Below, in pieces: positions 1-9,388 of a stretch of DNA of 17,715 nucleotides; positions within the stretch are counted from its first letter, which is position 1; each line of letters opens with the position of its first letter. Below the pieces are notes generated by a model. It saw only the letters and a list, made by a program, of their open reading frames with translations. It made no database searches and was not told the DNA's origin. The DNA comes from an uncultured bacterium. Its GTDB lineage: Bacteria; Abyssobacteria; SURF-5. The stretch lies in the NCBI GenBank assembly GCA_964510165.1, contig CAZEBC010000069.1:1-17715 (forward strand), read 5' to 3'. The translations under genes were made by a program, and so were the position numbers.

Positions 1-473
1 GAATGTGGAAACGCACCCAATTCCTCGCAGAGTTTCAGATAGTAATCAACCATCGGGAGTGGAACACGCTTCCCATTTTCCATTGGAGGTGGGACCGGAT
101 GCGTCAGCAGGAAGCCGCGCCCTTCTCGATCGTATCCTATCCTGTTCTTTGCGCCGGAGAAAAGCGCAAGGAGCGCGGAACTGAAGGAGTTGGGCATGAT
201 CACCGCCAGGTCGTAGCGGTTCTCTCGGAGGTGGCGAGCGTATCTGAGTGCTCCGACGATCCCCTTGTGTTCACGGCCTCGCGCGTACTCGATGATTCCA
301 TCAAACCATGGCGCTCTCTCGACTATCTTGCGCACGTAGGGAACAAGGGTGAGGTCGATTCGGGCATCGGAAAAATGCTGGCGCAGGCAGCGCAGCGCGG
401 GCGTAGCCATCACGACGTCGCCCACCCAGTTGGGCAGACGAACGAGGATGCGTTTATAGGCGCCTTTGTGCAA
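1..473 (-). CDS. waaF: Lipopolysaccharide heptosyltransferase II-like (GT9), N-terminal part; runs off the window's left edge
   Basis: Not in the ORF track. Manual translation of the minus strand from TTG at 473 gives (M)HKGAYKRILVRLPNWVGDVVMATPALRCLRQHFSDARIDL...YDLAVIMPNSFSSALLALFSGAKNRIGY. PNWVGDVVM, PNSFSSA and RIGY are WaaF hallmarks. It lies downstream of hldE/gmhB. An in-frame ATG at 515 is an alternative start. Confidence 0.88.
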   Translation of the reverse strand, partial: MHKGAYKRILVRLPNWVGDVVMATPALRCLRQHFSDARIDLTLVPYVRKIVERAPWFDGIIEYARGREHKGIVGALRYARHLRENRYDLAVIMPNSFSSALLALFSGAKNRIGYDREGRGFLLTHPVPPPMENGKRVPLPMVDYYLKLCEELGAFPH

Positions 474-482
474 GTGGGTTTT

Positions 483-564
483 TATGGATTCCCCGGTCAA
501 GCCGGGGAATGACATACGGGAGAAACCAGAATTCTTGTCATTCCCGCGCAAGCGGGAATCCATA
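483..564. repeat. Inverted pair of GTCATTCCC...GGGAATCCA palindromic REP-like elements (CGTC-tagged/dRS3-like)
   Basis: 483-514 reverse complement = TGTCATTCCCCGGCTTGACCGGGGAATCCATA; 536-564 = TGTCATTCCCGCGCAAGCGGGAATCCATA. The second has the ATTCCC-N8-GGGAAT core. Confidence 0.8.
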
Positions 565-612
565 CTTCCTGTCAATCGAAAATCTGGGCGAGACGCCCTG
601 TAGTCTTGGGGA

Positions 613-2108
613 TTAATAGCTCCTCACCGCTGTGAAAAGGTTGTATTTGTAGCTGTAATGCGGCTCTCTCGCGAGCGAGAGCATGCGCGAAACTTCCTCA
701 TCAAGCCGGACCAGGCCACGCTCAGCCTCGGGCCAGTCTTCGGGCGCGATCTTGTCGGCCTGCTCGAGCAGCCCTTCATATACGGAAGAACTGGGAAAGC
801 CTGCCCGTGCGTTCACGTGCCAGGGGAACGTGGTTCGGAGTTTCCTGATGAACCAGTTGTGCTCTGACCCGAAGTCGAGAGCCGATTCATCCGTGAAATT
901 TGTCAAGTTTTCCAGCTTTTCGAAATCGATAAAACCGCCCTCGCGCGCGATCTCATACGCCTTCGTGTTCACGTAAGGGAAGAATACAGACCAGCGGAAT
1001 CGCCCCGGCCTTATGCGGGCAAGCAGATCAATGGTCTCAAAAATCTCGGCCATAGTCTCGTGAGGAAACCCTATGATCACGAAGGCGGAGGTGTGGAATC
1101 CGAACTTCTCCGCGATGGCGAACGCGTGCGCAATGTCGTCGTTCGACATGCGCCGGTTCAGTATCTCGCTTCTCACGCGCTCACTGCCGCTCTCAAGACC
1201 GAACTTGACGATGCGGCAGCCCGCCTCTTTCAGGTATCCGGCTCGTTCCTCGTCGAATGCCTTCACATGCGCGTTGCAGACAAAGGGAACCTTGAGCCGG
1301 GCGCTGTATTCTTTGCAGAATTCCTTCAAATAATCCTTGTTCAGCGTGAAAAGGTCGTCATCGAAGATTATGGTCTCGATGTTTCTGTACTTCGACATGA
1401 GCATCTCGATTTCTTCAATGACCTCGCTCACCGGATGATGCCGGATGTAGTTCAGCTTCGAGGCCGGACAGCTCAAATCCCGTTGGTAAAGTTCCCTCAG
1501 CCGGTGGTTGAAGCAATACGAGCAGTTGAATGGGCAGCCGCGTGAACTCATGATGCCGACCCATCCGTTCTTCAGGTCGATCATCTTCTGGAAGTCGAAT
1601 ATCTCGTAGTCTTTCTGAGGCAGCGATTCAAGCGGGACGAACGGGCGGACCTTGTTGCGAATGGTCTCGCCGTTGCGTTTGAGCCAGATGTTCCGTATTT
1701 CGGTCGTCGGCATGCCGCGCTCGAGGGCGTCGGCCAGTTCCACTATCGCCTGCTCGCCCTCGCCGACGCACACAAAATCGAAGCAGTCCTCCTTTAGCAC
1801 GCCCTCGGGGTCCATGGTGGGATGGATTCCGCCGCACACGATTGGCGCGCGGCAATACCTCTTTATGTCACGCGCAAGTTCGCGCGCGAAGCGGTACTGG
1901 TTTGTGACAACGGAGAACCCGATCAGGTCCGGCCTGAACGCCTCGATCTCGCGCCTCACGTCCTCCATGTCGAATTCAGACCCCATCTGCTCGTTCATGT
2001 TGATGAGCGCGGTTGTGTGTCCGTGTTGTTTCAGACACGCCGAGAGGAAGGCGACCCCGTAATTGAAGCCGACCTGACAATTCAGATTGGGATATATGAA
2101 CAGAACCT

Positions 2109-2112
<4 letters not shown>
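613..2112 (-). CDS. Cobalamin-binding-domain radical SAM protein (class B radical SAM methyltransferase-like)
   Basis: N-terminal B12-binding domain (YGVAFLSACLKQHGH, PDLIGFS, GGIHPT, GEGE), RGCPFNCSYC CxxxCxxC motif, DDLFT, GLESGS, IIGFPHET. ATGA overlap with gmhB. Confidence 0.9.
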
Positions 2113-2720
<608 letters not shown>

Positions 2721-2731
2721 CCAGTATCTCG

Positions 2732-4204
2732 CTATTTCCGCCGCTTGCCGTTGATGATGCGCGACATGATGCCAGTGCTCGATGAGCCTTCCACCAGCGG
2801 CGCAAGCTCCACCCGGCCGCCGTATGTTTCCACGAAATCGCGGCCTACGACGGTGTCCTTTGTATAATCGGCCCCCTTTACAAGGACATCCGGTCTGACG
2901 GCACGAATCAGTTTCAGCGGCGTGTCCTCTCCGAATATCACTATGTAATCCACCTGCTCGATAGCCGAAAGTATGAACGCGCGTTCATCCTGATTGAGCA
3001 CCGGCCTGCCCGCGCCTTTCAACTTCCGCACTGAACCGTCCGAATTGAGGCCGACGACGAGGATTTCGCCGTTCTTCTTCGCGAACTGGAACAGTTTAAC
3101 GTGTCCCACATGAAGCAGGTCGAAGCAGCCGTTTGTGAATACGATTTTCTGGCGACGCCGGCGATGCTCCTTGCAGATATTCGCGATCTCCTCGAACGAC
3201 TTCACCTTGTGGGAAGCGATGTGGCGCAGGCCGAGCAGTTCGCGGATGATCTCGGCCTTTGTCACCGGCGCGGCCCCGACCTTTCCGACGACTATTGATG
3301 CGGCCACATTGGCGATGTGGGCGGCCTCTTCGATGGTTCCTCCGACAGCGAGCATGTATCCCAACAGACTGAGTACAGTGTCCCCCGCGCCGGTTATGTC
3401 GAACACCGGCCTGGCTAGACCCGCGATATGGATCGGCTCGTCCGTCTTTCCGAAAATCGTCAGGCCGTCCGCTCCCTGCGTGATGACGACATAACGCGTG
3501 CCGGTCATTTTTCGGAGCCGGTTGCCCGCCTGTTTGAGCGAGGTCCCGTCGCTAATATCGATGCCCGAAGCCTCGGATGCCTCGAGTTTGTTCGGCTTCA
3601 AGACCGTGCATCCCCTGTAGCATCTATAATCCCGCTGGCGCGCCGGATCGACAAGCACGGGCTTCCCACGTTCGTTACAGGCCGCGATGACCCGGCCGAT
3701 GAGAGAGTCGGGGATTGCACCTTTACCATAGTCCGATAGCAGCACCGCGTCACAATTCGGGAGGAGGTCGGTGATGCATTTGAGCATGGCCGTTTGGAGA
3801 CTGTCGTCGAGGCCCATCACAGTTTCTCTGTCCACTCGCAGGAGTTGCTGGCTGTGGGCAATCATGCGCGTCTTGACTGTCGTCGGCCTGGTTTTGTCCT
3901 TGACTACGGCGGAGGTATCGATTTTGAGATTCTTGAGCAGACGAAAAAGCTGGCGGCCGTTCATATCGTCGCCGACGGCCCCGCAACAGAAGACGCGCGC
4001 TCCAAGCGCGGCAAGATTCGCGGCCACATTGCCCGCGCCCCCGGGGCGCGGCTCTTCCGATTCCACCTTGAGCACCTGCACCGGGGCTTCGGGAGAGACC
4101 CGCTCGACGCTTCCCCACACATACAGGTCGAGCATCAGGTCGCCGACTACCATGATGGCCGGGGAACGGGCCGTCTCGAGGCGCTGCAAGAAAGGGTCTT
4201 TCAT
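2732..4204 (-). CDS. hldE: Bifunctional heptose 7-phosphate kinase / heptose 1-phosphate adenylyltransferase
   Basis: GDLMLD, RVSPEAPV, GGAGNVA, SDYGKG, DITGAGDT (PfkB kinase) plus FTNGCFDLLHVGH and LVKGADY (nucleotidyltransferase). Start moved to ATG 4204 because of its purine-rich SD-like sequence and ATGA overlap with the upstream gene. Confidence 0.95.
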   Translation of the reverse strand: MKDPFLQRLETARSPAIMVVGDLMLDLYVWGSVERVSPEAPVQVLKVESEEPRPGGAGNVAANLAALGARVFCCGAVGDDMNGRQLFRLLKNLKIDTSAVVKDKTRPTTVKTRMIAHSQQLLRVDRETVMGLDDSLQTAMLKCITDLLPNCDAVLLSDYGKGAIPDSLIGRVIAACNERGKPVLVDPARQRDYRCYRGCTVLKPNKLEASEASGIDISDGTSLKQAGNRLRKMTGTRYVVITQGADGLTIFGKTDEPIHIAGLARPVFDITGAGDTVLSLLGYMLAVGGTIEEAAHIANVAASIVVGKVGAAPVTKAEIIRELLGLRHIASHKVKSFEEIANICKEHRRRRQKIVFTNGCFDLLHVGHVKLFQFAKKNGEILVVGLNSDGSVRKLKGAGRPVLNQDERAFILSAIEQVDYIVIFGEDTPLKLIRAVRPDVLVKGADYTKDTVVGRDFVETYGGRVELAPLVEGSSSTGIMSRIINGKRRK

Positions 4205-5157
4205 ACCTTCCTGCCTCCTGCCTCGCACAGAATCCCCATGCGCAAGAGCGGCAGCATGATTTCGTGATGGCCCGTTATGGAATACCCCTGTTTGGTCGGC
4301 CTGCCGACGACATTCGTGTTCGGGCGGTAATGCTGGTGCATGTCGAGATTGACGGTGATGAACTTCCCCGCGTTACCGCCCAGATTGCGGGCGGCGGTAA
4401 GCGCTTTGAGGAACACCTCGGGCAACACGACCGCCGAGCCGATGTTCATCCATACTCCGCCGGCGAGGTCGGCGACAATCGAGATGAGCGTTCGAAAATC
4501 GCGGTGGCTGGCGGCAGCCAGTTCCTCGGGCTGATAGCTCGGATGCATGCACACAGTGTCGGTTCCAAGCGCCAGCGCCACGATGGCCGGCAGCCCAAGC
4601 TCCGCTGCGGCGGCCAAAACGCTATATTGGGCATACTCGCTGTTTCCCGACAGTATGACCTTGCCCAGCGCGCTGCCCAGGCCGATGTCTTCCTTCGCGG
4701 CAAGGTTTGCCGCCCGCGTGAATGCCTCCGGCGTCTCCCGCGCCATCCCGAACGAGCCGTCCTTGAGCGTCGCGGCCACGTCCTCTGAGGTGCATCCCAC
4801 AAGCGAAATCTCATAATCATGGATCGCCGTTGCTCCGTGCATAGCGACCGCCGTGATGAATCCCCTCTGCAGCAGGTCTATCAGTACAGGTCCGAGCCCG
4901 CACTTGACCACATGGCCGCCGATCGCAGCCACAACCGGCCTGTTTTTCTTTCGAGCGGCAACAATTCCCTTGACCACACTCCTCAGAACAGACGCCGCGA
5001 ACACGTCGGGAAGCGACGAGAGAAAATCGCTGCAGGCGGCGTTGGCTTCGGGCACTCCAGCAAATTGCCTGACCGATACCTTGGTCTTGCGATCATGAAT
5101 GCTGTGAGTATGGATGCTCGTGAGGTCCGCCGGTTTGTAATCTTTTCGTTTGGTCAT
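4201..5157 (-). CDS. Conserved hypothetical protein, deoxyhypusine-synthase-like fold (resembles the GSU2086 family)
   Basis: Motifs GGHVVKCGL, GATAIHDYEI, TSEDV, GSFGMARET, GSAVVLPEVFLK, HYRP, GHHEIMLPLL, which I recall from a family found beside hldE in Deltaproteobacteria. Start moved to ATG 5157, just downstream of the lpxL stop. Confidence 0.7.
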   Translation of the reverse strand: MTKRKDYKPADLTSIHTHSIHDRKTKVSVRQFAGVPEANAACSDFLSSLPDVFAASVLRSVVKGIVAARKKNRPVVAAIGGHVVKCGLGPVLIDLLQRGFITAVAMHGATAIHDYEISLVGCTSEDVAATLKDGSFGMARETPEAFTRAANLAAKEDIGLGSALGKVILSGNSEYAQYSVLAAAAELGLPAIVALALGTDTVCMHPSYQPEELAAASHRDFRTLISIVADLAGGVWMNIGSAVVLPEVFLKALTAARNLGGNAGKFITVNLDMHQHYRPNTNVVGRPTKQGYSITGHHEIMLPLLRMGILCEAGGRKV

Positions 5158-5164
5158 TTCGGTT

Positions 5165-6058
5165 TCAGTATATTGGTTGTTCACCGTGGGGCCGCGTACG
5201 CCACCTTCGATGCACCCAGAACCATTGCGAGGGGTACCTGCGGATGTAGTCTTCCAGGGTGTTCGCACATTTCTGCGTAATGGCAAGTGCGTCAGCTTCC
5301 ATATCGTCGGTGCGAGTGACCTCGATGGGGCGCTCGATTATAAGCCTGTGCTTGCCCGGTCCTTCCCGCAGCATGAACACGGGCACGAGTGCGGCGCCCG
5401 TCCTCAGGGCAAGCATCGCAGGGCCGGCCGTGGTCGCCGCCTTCATCCCAAAGAAGTCCACGAACACATTCCCTCTGCGCGTGTTCTGATCGGCAAGTAT
5501 TCCCACGATCTCGTTTTGCTTCAAGCGTTTTACCACTCGATAGGCCGAACGACGTTCGATCACCTTCAGGCCGGAGGATTCCCTGATTTTACGTACTATC
5601 CGTTCGAGGTCGGGGTCGTCGAGCGGACGCGCCACCGCAGAAATCGGGTATCCAACCATCGCCCCTGCCGCCGCCATTAATTCCCAGTTGCCGAAGTGGG
5701 AAGCGACCAGCACTACCCCTTTTCCCGATTTCAGGCACTCGTCCAACCGCTCGCGATGTTCCGGCGAGATGATGGCCATGGCTTTTTCGGGTGAGAGCGC
5801 CGGTATCTGCAGGAATTCTACCACTGTCTGGCCCATATTGCGAAAGACGGCGCGAGTGATTTCCCTTATCTGGCTCTTGGAGAGGGCGTCTCCGAAGGCC
5901 AGGCGCAGGTTCTTGCAGGCCACACTCCGATGACGCCTGTCCACAAAATATGCGATGTCTCCCAGCACGATGCCCACTTTCGCTGCCGTGCCGGGCGACA
6001 GGCGGCCGAACAACAGTGTGAATGCCGCCGCTAGCCATTTCAGTATCGCTCCCTTCAT
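5165..6058 (-). CDS. lpxL: Lipid A biosynthesis late acyltransferase (LpxL/HtrB family)
   Basis: NLRLAF, HFGNWEL catalytic motif, LADQ, FVDFFG, IRRYPSQWFWVHRRW. Confidence 0.88.
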   Translation of the reverse strand: MKGAILKWLAAAFTLLFGRLSPGTAAKVGIVLGDIAYFVDRRHRSVACKNLRLAFGDALSKSQIREITRAVFRNMGQTVVEFLQIPALSPEKAMAIISPEHRERLDECLKSGKGVVLVASHFGNWELMAAAGAMVGYPISAVARPLDDPDLERIVRKIRESSGLKVIERRSAYRVVKRLKQNEIVGILADQNTRRGNVFVDFFGMKAATTAGPAMLALRTGAALVPVFMLREGPGKHRLIIERPIEVTRTDDMEADALAITQKCANTLEDYIRRYPSQWFWVHRRWRTRPHGEQPIY

Positions 6059-6110
6059 CTGTCAGAATCTTCGCAAATCCTTATTCCATAAGGCCCTACA
6101 GTTTGCCTAT

Positions 6111-6139
6111 ATTATAGAGAAGAGGCTGCCAAAACTCAA
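6111..6139 (-). promoter_or_regulatory. Putative sigma70 promoter of the LPS operon
   Basis: Minus strand TTGAGT-N17-TATAAT, about 50 nt upstream of the lpxL start. Confidence 0.6.
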
Positions 6140-6154
6140 GGGCCACCGGCCGTC

Positions 6155-7591
6155 TCACGCCTCCACGCCCGCCATCCGTTTCGCCATCGTCGCGTACTGC
6201 TGGAGCGGCGCCTCGAACAGTATCATCATCTTCTGAGCCTCCATCGAGCCTTCGGCATGGACGGTGGTTATCTCCATGTGCGCGTGCTCGGCAGAGGCAA
6301 CTGCGCGATGAGCCTGCTCGATCAGTCGGAGCCGCTGTTCCGTGGTGAACCGCTCGGATCCCCCGAGATAGTGTTCCATGTAATCGTGCGTGGCCGGGTT
6401 CATCCAGTCCCTATATGTCGGCGCGGTTGTGATAATGCCGCCGCAAATGTCCTGGATTAACTTGATGAAGTTGTGATAATTCGAAGCGAAATGAAGCTTG
6501 GCCATGTTGGTCACGAGAGGGTTGGGCACGGCCATCTCGCCATACATGATCGGGTCTTTCGCCGCGGCGCGGGTGAGCGCCTTCAGCGTTTCAACGTAAG
6601 CGGCAATTTCGGCCAACTTGCCTCGTATATGGCCTATCTTTTCCAGGCCGTTCGCCTCCGCCATTGCGACTGCGCAGCCAGCCAGCATCTCCACCACGGG
6701 AATCTTGTAGCTGACCGCAGTGAACCGATGAAAACTCGCGAATGTGTAAGCGAGCAGCATCGAGAACTGCCACTCGCCGCACATGAACACCCGCTCCCAT
6801 GGGATAAACACGTTGTCGAACACGATCATCGCCTCACTCAGGGCGCGGACCGGAACATCGTTGGGGAATTCATACTGGCTGCGCTCGCCGCGGCCGGGCC
6901 TGCATATCATGGTGATCCCCTCGGCATTGGCCGGGACTGCGAAGCTGAGCGCGTAGTCGCCCTCATCCTCGCGCATTTGGCGCGTCGGCGTGACGATGAT
7001 CTCATTGGCCACGGGCCCGCTCGTGATGTGCATCTTGCAGCCTTTCACGACGATGCCGTCTTTTCGCTTGTCGACAACATGCAGATAATAGTCCGGATGC
7101 TTCTGTCGTGACGGCGGCCTGCCTCGGTCGCCCTTGGCGTCGGTCACCGCTCCGCACATGGCGAGGTCGTTCTTCTTGAGGTAACGCAGGAAATTCTTCG
7201 CCCGCTGTTTGTACTCCTCGTTTCCCATCTGGTCGGCGACCACCATGACGGCGTTGAGGCAGTCGGTACCCACGTCCTTACCAAACGGAAGCCCGCCCGT
7301 CAGCCTGATGGATTGCGCAATCATCTGGCTGCGCCGCTCCAGGTCCTCAACGGCCCTGGGCGGCTTGAAGAATCGGCTTATCGGCTCGCCTGTCTCCTCG
7401 TCTTCCGCCACGAATAACGTGCGAACCGCAGGGTCCTCCACCTCGGTCAGCACAAAATCCTGCGCCACGGTCTCGACGGCGACCTTGAGAATCGGGTGGG
7501 TAGTCACGTCGTCGACTTTCTCGCCCAAAATGAAAACGCGCCTGCCGTCACGCAGGCTCTGCCTGTATTGCTCCGGAGTTCTGAGCGCCAT
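6155..7591 (-). CDS. 4-hydroxybutyryl-CoA dehydratase / 4-hydroxyphenylacetate 3-hydroxylase (HpaB) family flavoprotein
   Basis: RTPEQYRQSLRDGR, VTDAKGDR, HPDYYLHVVD, GIVVKGCKMHIT, EAMIVFDNVFIPWERVFMCGE. Start moved to ATG 7591, which is preceded by AAGGAGG. Confidence 0.88.
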   Translation of the reverse strand: MALRTPEQYRQSLRDGRRVFILGEKVDDVTTHPILKVAVETVAQDFVLTEVEDPAVRTLFVAEDEETGEPISRFFKPPRAVEDLERRSQMIAQSIRLTGGLPFGKDVGTDCLNAVMVVADQMGNEEYKQRAKNFLRYLKKNDLAMCGAVTDAKGDRGRPPSRQKHPDYYLHVVDKRKDGIVVKGCKMHITSGPVANEIIVTPTRQMREDEGDYALSFAVPANAEGITMICRPGRGERSQYEFPNDVPVRALSEAMIVFDNVFIPWERVFMCGEWQFSMLLAYTFASFHRFTAVSYKIPVVEMLAGCAVAMAEANGLEKIGHIRGKLAEIAAYVETLKALTRAAAKDPIMYGEMAVPNPLVTNMAKLHFASNYHNFIKLIQDICGGIITTAPTYRDWMNPATHDYMEHYLGGSERFTTEQRLRLIEQAHRAVASAEHAHMEITTVHAEGSMEAQKMMILFEAPLQQYATMAKRMAGVEA

Positions 7592-7657
7592 ATCGCTTGC
7601 CTCCTTCTTGAATTGCAATTGGAGTCGGAGACACTTATCTCATAAGAAGCATGATTC

Positions 7658-7686
7658 ATTATACGGGGGCGCAGACGGCAGGTCAA
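7658..7686 (-). promoter_or_regulatory. Putative sigma70 promoter of the HpaB/AbfD-family gene
   Basis: Minus strand TTGACC-N17-TATAAT. Confidence 0.65.
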
Positions 7687-7703
7687 TTGGAAATATGATG
7701 CGA

Positions 7704-8969
7704 TTACAGCCCGCCTGCGAGGGCGCGATTGGCCGTCTTCTTGAATGCGGCGGCTATCTGGTCGAGATAATCCCGGCACGGAACGTGGAACCCGATGCTT
7801 GGGAGCACCAGTTCCTCGCTCGAGCAGCGCCGTTCAGCTACGGGACAATCACCCGGCTGATATTCCACCTGGCGGGCCGCATGGCTGCAACTCCACGGAC
7901 AGCCCTTTCCCCAGAAGCGGCGCTCCTGCATGCGCGGCCTGAGGTGAATTGGAACCCTCACGTAACTCGTGGTCTCCAGCCCCTCGAGCGCGAGCGCATT
8001 GCGGAAAGTCTCCAGTGGGACACTGTTAAGTTCGTCAGCCTTATAGATCAGTGGTATCATGTGGACCGCATGTGTGCAGTCGGGCGCCACATAGGTCGGC
8101 CTGATGCCGGGTATGTCCGCCAACTGTCGCGTGAGGTATGCAAGGTTTTCCTGACGCTGCGCGACCCATTTGTCAAGCCGTTTGAGCTGGACACCTGCAA
8201 TCGCAGCCGAAACCGGATGCATCCGGAAATTCGGCGCGATACTGTCGATGTACCTGCCGAGCGGACTGTCCTGCAGTTCCTGAAACTGGCGCATCGGATG
8301 CGAGGCCCAGCTTACGACCTCGTCAAAGAGCGATTCGTCGTCGAACACCAGGATGCCGCCTTCTCCACCGATCAGGTTCTTCGAGGCCTGTATGCTGAAG
8401 CAGCCGACATCGCCCAGGCTGCCGACTTTCGCGCCTTTATAGGTCGCTCCGTGCGCCTGCGCGCAGTCCTCGATTACCCGAAGCCCATATTCTCGCGCTA
8501 ATCGCATAATGGGCTCCATGTCGCATGGGTGACCGTAAATGTGAACGCACACGATCGCCTTGGTGCGGCTCGTGATATTCTTCCTGATCTCATCCGGACG
8601 CATGTTAAATGTCTGGGGGTCTATGTCGGCAAAGATGGGGATGGCGTTGTTGTGGAGGATGCAGCCGACGGTCGCGCCCCATGTGTAGGGTGAGACGATG
8701 ACCTCGTCGCCCGGACCCACTCCGCACACGTGAAGCGCGGTGTCAAGCGCTGCCGTACCGCTGCTGACCGCAAACGCAAACTTGCGGCCCTGATACCGGG
8801 CAAAATCGTCCTCGAAATCCTTGATCACGCCGACCTGCATTACCGGCGAAAGCGACTCTTCCTTGAGGACTCTGACTACCGATTGGATGATCTCGTCGTC
8901 TATGACCGGCCATGGCGAAGGCGATATCGTTACCGTTCTTTCCGTTTCATCTTGGCGTGTCCGCTCCAT
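7704..8969 (-). CDS. DegT/DnrJ/EryC1/StrS family PLP-dependent aminotransferase
   Basis: SSGTAAL, GPGDEVI, VHIYGHPCD, IEDCAQAHGA, FSIQASKNL (PLP lysine), GEGG; SD AAGGAAGG. Confidence 0.92.
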   Translation of the reverse strand: MERTRQDETERTVTISPSPWPVIDDEIIQSVVRVLKEESLSPVMQVGVIKDFEDDFARYQGRKFAFAVSSGTAALDTALHVCGVGPGDEVIVSPYTWGATVGCILHNNAIPIFADIDPQTFNMRPDEIRKNITSRTKAIVCVHIYGHPCDMEPIMRLAREYGLRVIEDCAQAHGATYKGAKVGSLGDVGCFSIQASKNLIGGEGGILVFDDESLFDEVVSWASHPMRQFQELQDSPLGRYIDSIAPNFRMHPVSAAIAGVQLKRLDKWVAQRQENLAYLTRQLADIPGIRPTYVAPDCTHAVHMIPLIYKADELNSVPLETFRNALALEGLETTSYVRVPIHLRPRMQERRFWGKGCPWSCSHAARQVEYQPGDCPVAERRCSSEELVLPSIGFHVPCRDYLDQIAAAFKKTANRALAGGL

Positions 8970-9024
8970 GCCAAACCTTCCTTATTAGAAACAAGCATTC
9001 CATCTGCATTCTCACACGACGGTA

Positions 9025-9053
9025 ATTCTATATCAGATTTTGGGAATTATCAA
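9025..9053 (-). promoter_or_regulatory. Putative sigma70 promoter of the DegT-family gene
   Basis: Minus strand TTGATA-N17-TAGAAT. Confidence 0.55.
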
Positions 9054-9184
9054 TAGGGGAGGGGGCGCCGACGTGTTGCTTGTTTCCTATTTCCAACACG
9101 CACCAGGGAACAAATTACAAAATGGAGGCCAGCACGTCTCGCCCGAGACGGTGGACTCGTCGAAGCAGAAAGATAACTGGAATG

Positions 9185-9214
9185 AAAAAGCCGCCCGAAA
9201 AAATCTCGGACGGC
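9185..9214 (-). terminator. Rho-independent terminator after tRNA-Leu
   Basis: Minus strand GCCGTCCGA-gattttt-TCGGGCGGC hairpin followed by TTTTT. Confidence 0.8.
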
Positions 9215-9216
9215 GG

Positions 9217-9301
9217 TGCGGGGAGGGGGACTTGAACCCCCACGGGAGCAATTCCCGTCAGCCCCTCAAGCTGGTGTGTCTGCCAGTTCCACCACCCCCG
9301 C
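9217..9301 (-). tRNA. tRNA-Leu (anticodon GAG)
   Basis: Minus strand GCGGGGG TGGTGGAACTGGCAGACACA CCAGC-TT GAG GG-GCTGA CGGGAATTGCTCCCG T GGGGG-TTCAAGT-CCCCC TCCCCGC A folds into a cloverleaf with a long variable arm. The next bases are CCG, so CCA is not encoded. Confidence 0.97.
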
Positions 9302-9314
9302 AAGCTGCATTTTC

Positions 9315-9343
9315 ATTATAGCCGCAACCTCGAGAATTGTCAA
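9315..9343 (-). promoter_or_regulatory. Consensus sigma70 promoter of tRNA-Leu
   Basis: Minus strand perfect TTGACA-N17-TATAAT, 13 nt upstream of the tRNA 5' end. Confidence 0.85.
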
Positions 9344-9388
9344 TGCAACCGCGCCGTTTAACTCGGTTCCGGACAATCACATCTTCCT

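Noticed and set aside
3-512. 169-aa plus-strand ORF
   Set aside because: Antisense shadow of the minus-strand waaF frame, which has clear family motifs.
7209-8501. 430-aa plus-strand ORF, and likewise 12901-13743, 14678-15703 and 16699-17499
   Set aside because: These lie antisense to well-supported genes and have no recognisable motifs. Long shadow ORFs are expected in GC-rich DNA.
9072-9100. Small hairpin CGTGTTG...CAACACG upstream of the DegT promoter
   Set aside because: Only a 7-bp stem, no U-tract and no recognisable family; could be chance.
6155-9301. Possible genomic islet integrated at the tRNA-Leu 3' end
   Set aside because: No integrase, and by eye no direct repeat of the tRNA 3' end in the window. 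The native terminator directly follows the tRNA.
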